Origin: Octopus sinensis
Taxonomy: Eukaryota
NCBI RefSeq assembly: GCF_006345805.1
Contig: NC_042997.1
Span: 208,444,001 to 208,508,000 of the forward strand
Length of the DNA stretch: 64,000 nt
Reading direction: 5' to 3'
A model generated the notes under the pieces. That model saw nothing but the letters and a program-made list of their open reading frames with translations, was not told where the DNA came from and made no database searches. Every line of letters begins with the position of its first letter. Position 1 is the stretch's first letter. Below are positions 40,137-54,690 of the stretch, in pieces. The translations under genes were made by a program, and so were the position numbers.

Positions 40137-42295
40137 AAACGTATCTGTCAAGACCTACCAACAACTCAGCAAGTATAAAGATCTTGAAACAGAAACTGGC
40201 AAAATGTGGAACCTCAAGATATTATCACAAACGACACATGAATGGCGAAAGCCTGGGTAGATTATAAAAATGCTTTTGATATTCTACAACATAGATGGAT
40301 TAAGAAATGACTAGAAATGTATAAAATAGCACCGACTCTGCAAAACCTCTTGTCTGTATGTATGAGATCATAGAGAATAATACTGACTTTGAACAGTGAC
40401 AATGAATTTCTCAATACTGGAGTTGTAAGAATTTCATGTGGCATTTTCCAGGGTTACTCACTATCACCACTCCTCTTTTGTCTAGCCGTAATACCTCTCC
40501 CGAAATTGTTCAATCGTACAATATGGATATAAAATGTTTGATAAAAATATAAATCATCTCTTTTACATGGTTGATTTAAAGTTCTTTTGAAAAACTTACT
40601 AACAACTACAAGGTTTACTAGCAATTGTTAAACAATTCAGTGATGACGTCAAGATTCAATTGGCTTCGATAGATGTGCAAAAGCTACTTTTATAGCAGGA
40701 AAAATGACAGAAACATCCAACGTTAATCTTCACCAGCAGAATATCATAAAGGAGTTAGAGTTAACGGAGAGCTAAAAATACTTAGGGATATTTGAAGGTG
40801 ATGGAATAAAACATTCAATGATGAAGGAAAGGATCAGAAGAGAATGTTATCGCAGGGTAAGTGCAATACTGAAGACAGAGATAAATGCAAGAAACAGGAT
40901 CAAAGCGATCAATACTTTAGCCATACCGGTCGTGACTTATAGTTTCAATATCCTTAACTGTTCAATCACTGAAATCTGTAATCTTGACAGAAAAATCTGA
41001 AAATTGTTGACAATGCATAGAATGCACCACCCTAAGGAAGATATAGACCAACTTTAGCTGCCAAGAAAAGAAAGATGCCGTGGACTTTTACAGCTGGAAT
41101 TAGCAATGAAAATTGCCACAATTGGCCTCAACACCTACCTGGAAAACTCTGATGACTGGATGTTAAAACTTGTCTTAAAGCATGAAAACAAGAAAGCATC
41201 ATACTGAGTAACAAAACAGGCAAAGGATTGTCGAAGTGAATTCCTAGTACAACAAATCCCAGAAACAAGCACAGAAAAAGCTAAGCGTATGAAGACCCGC
41301 GCTAAAACTGCTTTCTTAGATATTCTTACGGATAAATGGCTTCTCAGTGGTAAATACCAAAAGGGAGCTAATAATGCCAATGTTGACAAAGCCATTACTC
41401 ATGAATGGTTAGTGTCTTCTGGCTTAAAATCTGAAACAGAGGGGTTTATCATAGCAGCCCAAGATCAATGTCTACCTGAAAGGAACTACCAGGCCAACAT
41501 ATTAAAGAATAGCAGTAGCCCAACATGTCGTGTATGTAAACAACAAAATGAAACCATTGATCTATGTCCAGTCTTCTTGCGCCTACAGAGTATCTCAACA
41601 GGCATAATAGAGCTGCACAATATATTCACTGGGTAATTTTCAAAACCTGGACCTGCCCCAGGATAAAAACTGATAGGGACACAAACCACCTCCAATACTT
41701 GAAAATGACCACATCTCACTCCTCAGGAAAGTCACCGTTCAAACTGACAGAAAGATAGATGCGAATAGGCCAGACATCATATTGAAAGACTTCAGACAAA
41801 AATCATGTTCGGCAATAAACTCACGCGTAGTCACAGTAGTTCGGTATGGCGCTGGAATCATGTTCCAATCGACATATAGGTATGTCATGACCTACCAGCA
41901 ACTCAGCAGGTATAAAGATCTTGAAACAGAAATTGGCAAAATGTGGAAGCTGAAGACATAAAACAATACCTGTTGACATAGGTGTCCTAGAAATGATAGC
42001 AAAAGGGGCTGATTCCTACCTAGCTCTGATATCAGGAAACCCCAAAATAGCAGAAATTCAAATGATAGTGCCCATGGGAACAGCCCGTATCCTACATAAA
42101 GTACTGTCTATAAAATCTCAAATGTTAAAACAAACTCATAATTTTCTTATGTTTTCTTAAACATTCTCTAGAAGAATACTTTGTGCAAAATATGTGACAT
42201 CCTAAGCATAATACTTCAAACTTGTTGTCTCTTGAAATCTCTGGGTGAGACTTGGAGTCAACTTGTACAAAGACAAAGCAAAAGTCAAACATAGA
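40137..42295 (+). mobile_element. Rearranged, decayed R4/Dong-like copy 3 (same subfamily as copy 2)
   Basis: Colinear with 37215-39330 and has the same 3' end. Preceded by an out-of-order endonuclease piece (40137-40220). Confidence 0.9.
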
Positions 42296-42309
42296 ATAAT
42301 AATAATAAC

Positions 42310-42368
<59 letters not shown>

Positions 42369-42371
42369 ATG

Positions 42372-42432
<61 letters not shown>

Positions 42433-42440
42433 TAATAATG

Positions 42441-42539
<99 letters not shown>

Positions 42540-42544
42540 TAATG

Positions 42545-42580
<36 letters not shown>

Positions 42581-42581
<1 letters not shown>

Positions 42582-44052
42582 GGCGGCTCTGGTATTCAGC
42601 ATGCAAGCATGAAAGAGAAGATCAGGAAGGAATGTTATAGGAGAGTTCGTGCAGTCCTGAAATCTGGTGTTAGCTTTAAATTCCTTAGCAGTTCCAGTTG
42701 TTACTTATAGCTACAATGTGTTGAACTGGAACATGAGTGAAGTAAAGAATATAGATAGGAAAATACGCAAGCTGCTGAGTTGTAATAGGATGCACCACCC
42801 AAAGGCAGACGTAGATCGCCTTTACCTTCCCAGAGCCCAAGGAGGTCGAGGCCTGATCCAATTTGAACTAGCTTACAAAACAACCACAATTGGACTGGCC
42901 AAATATCTCGAAATATCGAATGACTGGATGCTAAAGCTCGTGGAAAATCATGAGAGACGAAAGAAGCTTCATTCTATTATAAAGGAAAGCCAAAAATTTG
43001 CTATTGATCTCGTGCAGGATACCCAAACTGAACAACCCGAGGGAAGTACGGCAACTATTGTTGCAAAGAAGGTGAAAATGATGGCAACGAAAAAAGCGCA
43101 CGAGCAATTGGCTGATAGGTGGGAGGAGAAACCTCTGCACGGCAAATATGTGGCCCGCAGCAAACAAGCTGATGTTGACCAGAAGCAAACCCATCAGTGG
43201 CTACGGAGTTCAGGGCTAAAAGCAGAGAGCGAAGGTTTCATCCTGGCTGCTCAAGATCAAAGCCTATTAACCCGGAACTACCAGGCCAATGTGATGAAAA
43301 ATGGAGCAGACCCAAAATGCCGATTCTGCAACGACATGATTGAAACAGTGGACCACCTAATCTCTGGATGTAAAGTCTTAGCTCCAGTGGAGTATAAATT
43401 AAGACATGACAGAGTTGGCCAATATCTACACTGGCTAATAAGTCGGCATTACAATATCAAAACTGCCGACAAGTGGTATAATCACCACCCTGAGGCTGTA
43501 ACTGAAGGAGAAAATGTAACCATTCTGTGGGACTTTCCAGTACATACAGACCGAACCATCAAGGCCAATAAACCAGATATTGTTATAAAAGACCAAAACA
43601 ATAAAGTTTGCTTATTGATCGACATGAGCATCCCCTGTGATCATAATATCTCGGCGAAAGAGTTTGACAAGCTCAGAAAATATAAAGACCTACTCATTGA
43701 AATTGAGAAAATGTGGCATCTCAAGGCGGTCACAATACCAGTGATCGTAGGCGCACTAGGAATGATCAAGAAGAGAACCGAAAATTATATGAGAATGATC
43801 CCTGGCTTACCATCCCTGCAAAAAGTGCAAAAGATTGTCTTAACTGGTACATTACACGTATTGAGAAGAGCATTGTCGATGTGAGAACTGTTGCTGCTCA
43901 TGTATTATAATTTAAAAAAAAAAAAAAAAAAATGAACGAACTATTGAGTTTGGTTTAATGGCTTACCAATGTATACTATGAGTTTCTTTGCCCTAGGAGT
44001 CGGGAAGACACCCGGCAAGAAATGGAAGCAAATTTGAAAGAAGAAAAAAAAA
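42581..44052 (+). mobile_element. 5'-truncated R4/Dong-like copy 4 with an open 405-aa C-terminal frame (42667-43884)
   Basis: HHPKADVDRLYLPR...QDQSLLTRNY...CRFC...HDRV...NKPDIV...IDMSIP...IVGALG. (TAA)n on both sides. Confidence 0.95.
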
Positions 44053-44071
44053 GTAATAATAATAATAATAA

Positions 44072-44133
<62 letters not shown>

Positions 44134-44209
44134 CAATAATAATAATAATAACAACAATAACAACAAAAACAACAACAACAACAACAACAACAACAATAAT
44201 AATAATAAC

Positions 44210-44246
<37 letters not shown>

Positions 44247-44554
44247 CGCTTCGTAGATAAGATATAAAAATATCTATAAACATCTCAAAGTTTTAGTAAA
44301 CATAGAAAGTAATAGAAAATGCGTACAGATTTTGGGGGAGAGCTGTTAAATTGCCATCCTGTCGTATTTCGTAAATTTATATATCTTAGTTATGCTAGGT
44401 CCTCCCCAAAATTTAGATTTCTATACATAAATTCGTCCCCACGCTAGAATTTTGGCTAGCTTAGCTGCCTGCTGCCCCTTCGTCTCCTCTCTCTCGCCTT
44501 TACCTTTCCACAGATCATAACCCATCTTTGTCTTCTGTAGTATTTCACTCAAGG

Positions 44555-46300
<1,746 letters not shown>

Positions 46301-46804
46301 CAAAACCTGTGACAATGAGCAAATAATAAGGATAATACCAATAGGGAGCAAACAAATGTGTAGCCTTAATTCCTGGAATCCTAAAGTAAGTGAATCACAA
46401 ATGACCATACACATAGTGACCTCATATATATTACGTAAATTCCTCTCGATGTTATTGCAGTAGTATTCATTCGGCTGTATTATGAAATTTATAAAAGTAA
46501 ATTTTAGGTATATTTATTTATAACACACGGACATCAATTTGTTTACAACTGCAAATTCGGCTTTAGGTGAGGTTATATTCTCGCATAATTATGTCAGCAA
46601 ATATTACACAATTTACTAGAAATAATTATACGATTATCAGAAATAGCAATATCAGTCAACACTTTAATCATTTTAATTACATCAGCAATCATGGGAATGC
46701 ATCAATTAAGAAATTACGAAAACTGGAACTTAGAGAGGATACAAGATAAAAATTTGGGTTAAATGGATACAAAATATTTCTAAATACAGAAAATTCATAA
46801 TAAT

Positions 46805-46990
46805 CCTTTCTACTGGAAGTACAAGGCTTCAAATTAGTACCAGTGCGTAACTGGTACTAATTTTATCATGCCCGAAAGGATGAAAGGCAAAGTCAACCTC
46901 GGTGGAATGTGAACTCAGAACGTAACAGTAGATGAAATAACGCTAAGCATTTTGCCCGGCGTGCTAACGATTCTGCTAGCTCGCCGCCTT
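46805..46990 (-). mobile_element. Meta-domain-like SINE
   Basis: Homologous to 3228-3442. Confidence 0.75.
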
Positions 46991-47019
46991 AATAACACAA
47001 GTAATTATTAATAATAATG

Positions 47020-47060
<41 letters not shown>

Positions 47061-47312
47061 TAGTTAACGATAAGCATCCTTGTCCCAAAACATTCTGATT
47101 CCTGCTTCTCACATATACACAAGTCAGTGTCCAATGTAACTTTTCATCTTATAAAAGCTTATGTCAATCCCGGTTCAACTGCGCAGAGTGTTACATTTTA
47201 TAAATCTACTAATCTGAATGTTTCAAGGTAAAATTACCTTTTCGCACTATCCATTGCTTTCACTTTCCGTTTCATTAGCACCATGTCTGTCTGTCTGTCT
47301 GTCACTCTCTCT

Positions 47313-47428
<116 letters not shown>

Positions 47429-47435
47429 ATTTTGA

Positions 47436-47578
47436 AAGAAATCACCTTTTATCAATTCAAAATGAACAATTAAATTACACCATCTCGAAAATTACATATA
47501 ATATATGTAATTTTCTAGATGATGTAATTTAATTGTTCATTTTTTATTTTTTATTGATAAAAGGTGTTTTGTTTTCTA
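47436..47578. repeat. Imperfect ~140-bp palindrome flanked by (TA)n
   Basis: Centre GAAAATTACATATA-A-TATATGTAATTTTC (47487-47515). The arm sequence also occurs singly near 10262 and 10450. Confidence 0.75.
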
Positions 47579-47616
<38 letters not shown>

Positions 47617-47780
47617 TTGTGACATTTTGATTTAGTACTTCTAAATTGAGTTTTTTCCTGTAAGTTAGGAATAATATTCCCTCAAATTATTATTATTATT
47701 ATTATTATTATTATAATTATTATTATCATTATATATATATATATATAATATATATATATATATATAATATATATATATAT

Positions 47781-47996
47781 TGAAATGGGTAAAGGAATTA
47801 TCTTGTTACGGATTATTCAAATGATAACCGATACCTGGGTAGCAAAAATCACAACAGAAAAATCACGGTTGCGGTTATGACCATGGGGTCTCAAACCCGT
47901 GCTTTAGTGCGGAAATTTGAAGTTGAAACATATGTAGAAAATAATAAAAAGGAACTTTGTTAAATCTTCGTTCAGCTCCATTTCTTCCTACACCAA
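47781..47996. mobile_element. Diverged head-to-head relative of the 11.8/49.7-kb family with a half hammerhead
   Basis: Left arm aligns antisense to the family 3' part. Right arm starts at GAAA-CAUAUG-UA-GAA (47925-47939). (TA)n on both sides. Confidence 0.65.
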
Positions 47997-48088
47997 ATAT
48001 ATATATATACATATAAGTGTATATGTGTATATATATAATATATATATGTACGTATGTGTGTATGCATGTATGTGTGTATGCATGTATG

Positions 48089-48170
<82 letters not shown>

Positions 48171-48514
48171 ATATATGTATATGCATGCATGTATGTATGT
48201 ATGTATATAAAGGAATACAAAAAGTGGGACAAGGACGCAAAACATCGAGACAGATGATACGAAAACGAGACAAGAATAAAAGGAGGGGTCATCACATGTG
48301 ACATACCATGCGTAAGAAAATAGCATAATTAATACCATAATTAATAATTAAGAATGCTAGAAGTATCACCAGCACGCTAGAAATGGCAGTCAGAAGACAA
48401 CTATAACCGCAAAACAATTATTTCGTTATTGGGACGGCGACTCATTACCCCGATTTCAATTTCAGAGAAATTTTTGGGTTGTAGTCGTATTGCTCTTAGC
48501 ACTCTTAATTATTC

Positions 48515-48912
48515 TTTTCTACTCTAGGCACAAGGACCGAAATTTTGGGAGAGGCGGCCAGTGGATTAGATTGACCCACACCATGCAACTGGTACTTAAT
48601 TTATAGACCCTGAAAAGATGAAAGCTGAAGTCGACCTCGGAGGAATTTGAACTCAGAACGTAATGACAGACGAAATACCTATTTCTTTACTACCCACAAG
48701 GGGCTAAACACAATGAGGACAAACAAGGACAGACAAACGGATTAAGTCGATTATATCGACTCCAGTGCGTAACTGATACTTATTTAATCGACCCCGAAAG
48801 GATGAAAGGCAAAGTCGACCTCGGCGGAATTTGAACTCAGAAACGTAACGGCAGGCGAAATACCGCTAAGCATTTCGCCTGGCGTGCTAATATTTCTGCC
48901 TGCTCACAGCCT
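48515..48912 (-). mobile_element. Two abutting Meta-domain-like SINEs
   Basis: Same composite as 32617-33010. Confidence 0.75.
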
Positions 48913-49226
48913 AAGCACCCTAGATTATCAATGTACATATGTGTGTGCGTGCAGCGTTCATTTTTGATATTATTTCCCCTGACATTGAATTTTGTCAACA
49001 TTTAATAATTTAAACATCGTTCTCTACTTCGTAATTTTAAACCCTGTTAAAATCGCTCTGTTTTCTATACATTTGTATCATTGATAAACAAAATATTGCT
49101 GAAATTAGTTTGGTATGTATGTAAATAAATTTATTTAAAAACAATTACAAGTTTTTTCGAATTCAGGTGCCTTTTCGCAAACATCTTCTCCTCTATTTCC
49201 TCCTGCAAGAAATACACCGCTTCTTT

Positions 49227-49269
<43 letters not shown>

Positions 49270-49632
49270 GCTGAAGTTGTCTGTGTGTGGCAGGTTTGGT
49301 AGCCTTCAACTAACACTATCTCCTCCGAGACCCTGCGGCGCAAGTTGACCAAAATTGAGAGTATGATAGAAGAAGGCTTGCTCTACCTTCCGTAGAAGAT
49401 AAACTTCAAATCGGACCATGTTAACACCAAAAATTATTTACATCAAAAAGGTGCTTTCTTTCTATGAAAATACCTATTTTTTATGTCTTTTTGACTGCTG
49501 TGTCGCCACTTGTCGGTGTATTTCAACCAGAAAAATGTTCACTTAAAGAGAATAACAAGCTACATAATGGAAAAAATTTTACTTTTCAAAAATTCCAATT
49601 CTAAAGGGTCGAAGCAACGCCGAGCAATACTG

Positions 49633-49671
<39 letters not shown>

Positions 49672-49835
49672 CCTCACCCACATGATTGACCGATGCCTGA
49701 CCCGTTGAATTCTTCAGCCACCGGTTCTCAACATACACTGATAAACAGTTTCGCCATGGGCTCTTAGGAGCACAGTTCGATTTGTTTTTTGCTCCGCCTC
49801 TGTTCTGTTTTTGTTTTTCCAACGGATTTCCTTTT

Positions 49836-49922
49836 TTCTTCCTGAAGAGAAAGACACAATATGGTCCCATTATTCAATCGGATTTTGGTAATTTGTGCCT
49901 TTCGAAACACGTGTAGAATGAA
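49836..49922 (+). ncRNA. Type I hammerhead ribozyme motif within a ~420-bp repeat (49670-50093)
   Basis: UUCUUC-CUGAAGA-[GAAAG-A-CACAA...UUGUG-C-CUUUC]-GAAA-CACGUG-UA|GAA-U-GAA. Predicted cut after 49915. Confidence 0.8.
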
Positions 49923-50545
49923 ATAAAACGATTTCTGTTCAATCTGCGTTCAGCTCCATTTCTTCAATTCACCAATAATGTTTTAATTTCAATTATCCGC
50001 ACCAACGCACGGTTGCAACGCCAGATGGTTGTACCTCCAACCGTGCTGTTTACTGCTGTGATTTTTGCTACTAAGGTAGTTTCTATTTCACATTATATAT
50101 ATATATATATATATATATCAAACTAAGGTTATAGAACAAACAAATGCAAGGTCATCCACATAACATTTCATAACACGAACATTCAATCATAGAATATACA
50201 TTTAAACATCACGGAAGATGGAACATAACTCATCTGTACAAGCATATAAGAAAGTGCGAGAAAAAATGTGTGAATACAGTTCATCACGGTTAAAAGTTAA
50301 TACTTTAGCGATTAAGAAAAATATAACCACGGAGGTTCAATTCAAATTAATTTAATTTAATCTAATACACACATTTTTTTTTACTGCTTTATTATCATTA
50401 TTTTTTTTTTACTGCCTTATTTTTCTATTGCTTAAAAAAATTGTTTTACTGCATTAATTCTTTCTTTTGGGCTCGTCTGAGCATGACTTCTTCAATAAGA
50501 AAGCACACTACATTGTGTTAGCCTGGTACGCGATGATGTCTGTCT

Positions 50546-50646
50546 CTCTATTTTTCCCCTGACGAAGGAGTTATTATCGTGAAGCACCCTAGTGATTTAA
50601 ACACAATAATATACCCCTGAAATGGCCATAGGGAATGTAAATAGGG
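50546..50646 (+). ncRNA. Type I hammerhead ribozyme motif with extended, bulged stem I
   Basis: CUCUAUUU-UUCCC-CUGACGA-[long stem II]-GAAA-UGGCCA-UA|GGGAA-UGU-AAAUAGGG. Predicted cut after 50630. Confidence 0.8.
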
Positions 50647-50747
50647 TTTCTTCTTTTTTAACTATAAGGCCTCTCTTACTTGAAAAGTAATTTTATAAGA
50701 TTTTCTAAACGATGAACTTTTATTTTATTTTACATTATATATATATA

Positions 50748-53700
50748 TTTTTTTTTCTAGTTTCAGCTCAGAGCTGCGGCCATGCTGATGCACCACCGTT
50801 TCGTGCTGCACTGTTATTACGACGAACCTCCTCTAATATGTGGCACTTGGTGAAGAATGGAGTTTGATACAGCTACTCTCATTTGCACCTCTTGCCGTGA
50901 GGTAGGTTCATCTGGGACTCTTGACAGGAAGATGTCCAGTTTTGATTTAAAAACCGCTACATCCACTTTGTGCAAGTTCCTCAGACTCTTTGGGAGAATA
51001 TTAAAAAGCTGTGGGCCCTTGAAACCCAGGCTGTTGCAGAAGCTGGTCCTGAAGCGTGATGTCATTGCTGGGATCTTTGGCACTATGCAGTGTCGTCCCG
51101 TTCTAGCATTGGTGTAGCTTACAATGCCAAAATTTGGCACAATTCCTTCCAGGATCTTCCAGACATATATTACTGCATACCTCTCCCGTCTTCTCTCCAG
51201 GGAGTAGAGTCTTAGCTGTTTCAACCTTTCCCAGTAGCTGAGCTGTTGCAAAGAGACGATCTTCTTTGTGAATCTTCTCTGGATTGCTTCAAGGTCTGCT
51301 GTTAATTTTACACTGGTGGGTGACCATAGCTGTGAGCAGTAATCCAGGCGACTGAGGACGAATGTCCGCCAGAGGACCATCATGGTTTCCTTATCTCTGG
51401 TTTTGAACGTTCTTAGGATCCACCCAGCCAGTCGTCTGCACTTTGTCGCCCTCCTGGTAATGTGCACTTGGAAAGAGGTATCATCACTCATGTCGATACC
51501 CAGGTCCCTCACAGACTTAGGCTCTGGGATTGAAATTCCCTGTGGACCGGTGTATCCTGTAAGTTTAATATTCAGTTTTGGATGCTGGTAGCGCAGGGCC
51601 TGGAATTTTTCAGCATTAAACTGCATATTATTATCCTCAGCCCATCTGTAGATTGAGTCCAACTCCTGCTGCAGGTGTGCAACATCGCTGAGGTTCTGTA
51701 TTTTCTGCGAGACTTTCGTATCGTCTGCTATCCGGGCATTTGAGGGCATATCTGAGAGGGCCACTATAAAAAGCAGTGGTCCCAAGACAGTGCCCTGTGG
51801 AACACCGCTCGCTATTTGTGTGTTCATAGAGGTGGCTCCATTAACCACTACTGCCTGACTCCTATCTTTCAGGAAGTCATGCAACCACACTCCAAGTTTT
51901 CCAGCTATGCCGAGGTCACGTAGTTTGTGGCATATCATACCATGATCCACCTTGTCAAAAGCTTTTGCAAAATCAAGGTAGATTACGTCCACATTTGATT
52001 TGTTGAGTAACTGCCTCAACACCCAGTCATAATGCTGTAAGAGCTGGGTCAGGCAGCTCCTACCTGGTAGAAAACTATGCTGGGTATTACTCAGCAAGTT
52101 ATTTTCCTCAAGGAATGCGATTAGTTTCTTTCTGACTATCCGTTCCATGACTTTGCTGATGTGTGAAGTCAGAGAGATAGGCCCATAGTTTTTAGCATCT
52201 GCTCTACTTCCCCCTTTATGTATTGGGCATATTATTCCCTCCTTCAGCTTGCTTGGCAGTTTGCCATTCGCAAGAAAGCTCTGGAAGAGAATCTTGAGGG
52301 ATTTGCTAGGGCATGCTTACACGCTTTGAGGAGGATGGCTGGGAAACCGTCTGGACCAGCAGCTGAGTTTGTGTCCACTTCATCTATGGCTAGTAGGACA
52401 TCTTTTTCGCTAATGTCAATACATTCTATTCTAACCGCCTCGCTGGTTATAGGTGAGGCGGCAAAGAAGTCCACTGGTTCGTTCACTTGTCTGTGTTCCA
52501 ACGGGGTGGTAAAAACACTTTTGAACTGGTCATTCAGCATCTCACTGATCATAGTTGGACTGTCTGTGAGGGAGCCATCCTTTTGGAGGAGGAGTCCTAT
52601 CTTGTAGTGCACTGAGACTGTTTCTTTCGCGTAATGAAAGAAGGCCTTTGGGTTTGATTTTATGTTTTTTTATAACCCAGGCTTCTTCGTCTGCTTTCTC
52701 CTTCACATAGGATTGTTGCAGCCTTTTTTCGAACTCCATCAGAATTGTTTTTAGGCGGGACGTTTCGCTACTTTTGGGACGTTGGTTGAGACGATTTGCA
52801 ACCTTCGTCCGTCGTCTCATGAGGATCTTCCTGTCTCTTGGAATCTTGCTCCTATTTGTTTTGGCCTTGTGCTCTGGGACATATTTCTGGCATATGGCTT
52901 ACACAGAAGACATGAAACATTCAAGTTTCATGTCAATGTCTGGTGTGGAGAGACATTCCGGCCAGTCCTCTCTGAGGATCTCTTTTTGGATCAATTTCCA
53001 ATCTGCTTTGTGGAAGTTCAGATTGGAGAAATTTCGGGTGCTTCCTTTAGGCTGTATGTCTTTGGTTACTTTCGGCCCAAACATAGACAGCTCTATTATG
53101 TTGTGATCCGAAATTGATGTCGGTGTCACTTTCACATCATGAATGATGTCCATATTGTTCGTGAAGCAGAGATCCAGAATGTTATTCACCCTAGTTGGCT
53201 TGAGTACAACTTGCTCCATGAATAAGGCATTGGTGAGGTTGAGCAGGGACTCCACCTGTACTTGCTTGCAATGATTCATTCCTGAGAGTATGTGACCTTC
53301 GGGCCATTTGATGTTGGGGAAGTTGAAATCACTCATAAGAAATATGGTCACGTGGTGTTCCAGATTCATGAGGATTTCTTTAATTCTTGTGAGGCAATCT
53401 TCAAACTTGCCTATGTGATTTGGGGCATCCGGTGGGCAATATGTATTGCATATGACTATATTATGTTGTCTTATGTATACAATTAAGGTGTCACATACCG
53501 AATTTGAGTATGTCATCAAGTCCTTGGGTGTGAGGTCATCTCGGATGTATACAGCCACTCCACCATGGCTCCTTTCCCTTCTGTCTGTTCGCAGTATGGC
53601 ATAGTTTGCTATGTGTACTTCTGCGTCCTCTATATCAAGGTTGAGGTGAGTTTCCACAAGTGTTATGCATAGGGCTTGATTGCATGCAGTAAGATCTCTC

Positions 53701-54690
53701 AGGAAAGAAATTTTGTTTCTATTTTGATGCAACAGGCCCCCAATATTTAGTAAAAGTATTGGGGTGACGGCTGTGCAGGCGTTAGGGAGGCCATCCCGTG
53801 TCTGTTGACTGTGGTGGTCTTGCATAGTGGTGGGCAGGGTTCCTTCTCTGTGCTTGGTGTAGCCAGGCTAGCTGCCGGACAATTCTTTGCACCATGCATA
53901 AAAAAGACTCTTGCTCAGCTGCTGCGTTGCGCAGAACATCTGAGGAGTGCACTTCGTTTTTGAAAGTTTTCCTGGGAGACATTTTTTGTGTTCCTTCGGT
54001 AATGCTTTTCTCTTTGAGTCCCCTGAAGTTCTGGCGGGGTGTCGGGTGGGCGAACCGGCAGTTTTTGCCGTCCTCCCCATGCCAACATTTGCCCCGCAGG
54101 TAGAATTTACAGGTTCTTCGGTGCCTTCCAAGATTTCTTCTTTCCTGAAGTGTACAGGGTGGCATTGGATCCCCCATGGGGTTCTCTGCTGTTTGTGTGG
54201 TGGGTTGGGGTTTCAGCTTTGGTTGTTTTGCCTTTTCCCTCCTTTTCCCTCCTTATTTTTGTTTTCGGTCCTTCCTTTTTTCTTCTGGTTTTCTAATTTT
54301 TCATTTCTTCGCAAGACCACTGGTACAGGGGGGGGGCTCCCGGTTTCTGCTCCCTTGGCTCCCCTATCCTTCACTACTTGGTCGTTCACCGGGGTAGGTG
54401 ATCCATTTTCCTGAGGAACCCCTGGATCACAGAGACTTCCGGCTTCCCTCTCTTTTTCGTCCTCTTCCTCCTCATCAGCTTTGCCACAATAATCTTCAGT
54501 TATGTTGTCCAGTGTTTTGATGTGTTGTCTTATAAGCATGTAAGACCGGATAAACTCATTTTCTTCCGCTTTATCTAGTCAATGGTTCTATGAAAACCAT
54601 TGTTTTTTAGCGTGGCAGTGATGATGTTGTTCGGCGGATCGCCACTAGCAATTGTCCATGCTCTTAGCAGAAGATCTAACTCTTTCTTTT
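50748..54690 (-). mobile_element. Near-full-length, frameshifted CR1-group LINE (ORF1 with CCCH finger; ORF2 APE plus RT)
   Basis: ORF1 CKFYLRGKCWHGEDGKNCRFAHP. APE motifs ETHL, SDFNFP, NILDL and SDHN. RT motifs LDFAKAFDKVDH, GVPQGTVLGPLLF and a damaged (R-I)ADD. 3' stem-loop and short A tail. Confidence 0.95.

Noticed and set aside
49590-49636. Possible Helitron 3' end (GGGTCGAAGCAACGCCGAGCAATACTGCTAA)
   Set aside because: The hairpin is weak, the terminus is not CTAG, and no 5' end or second copy is visible.
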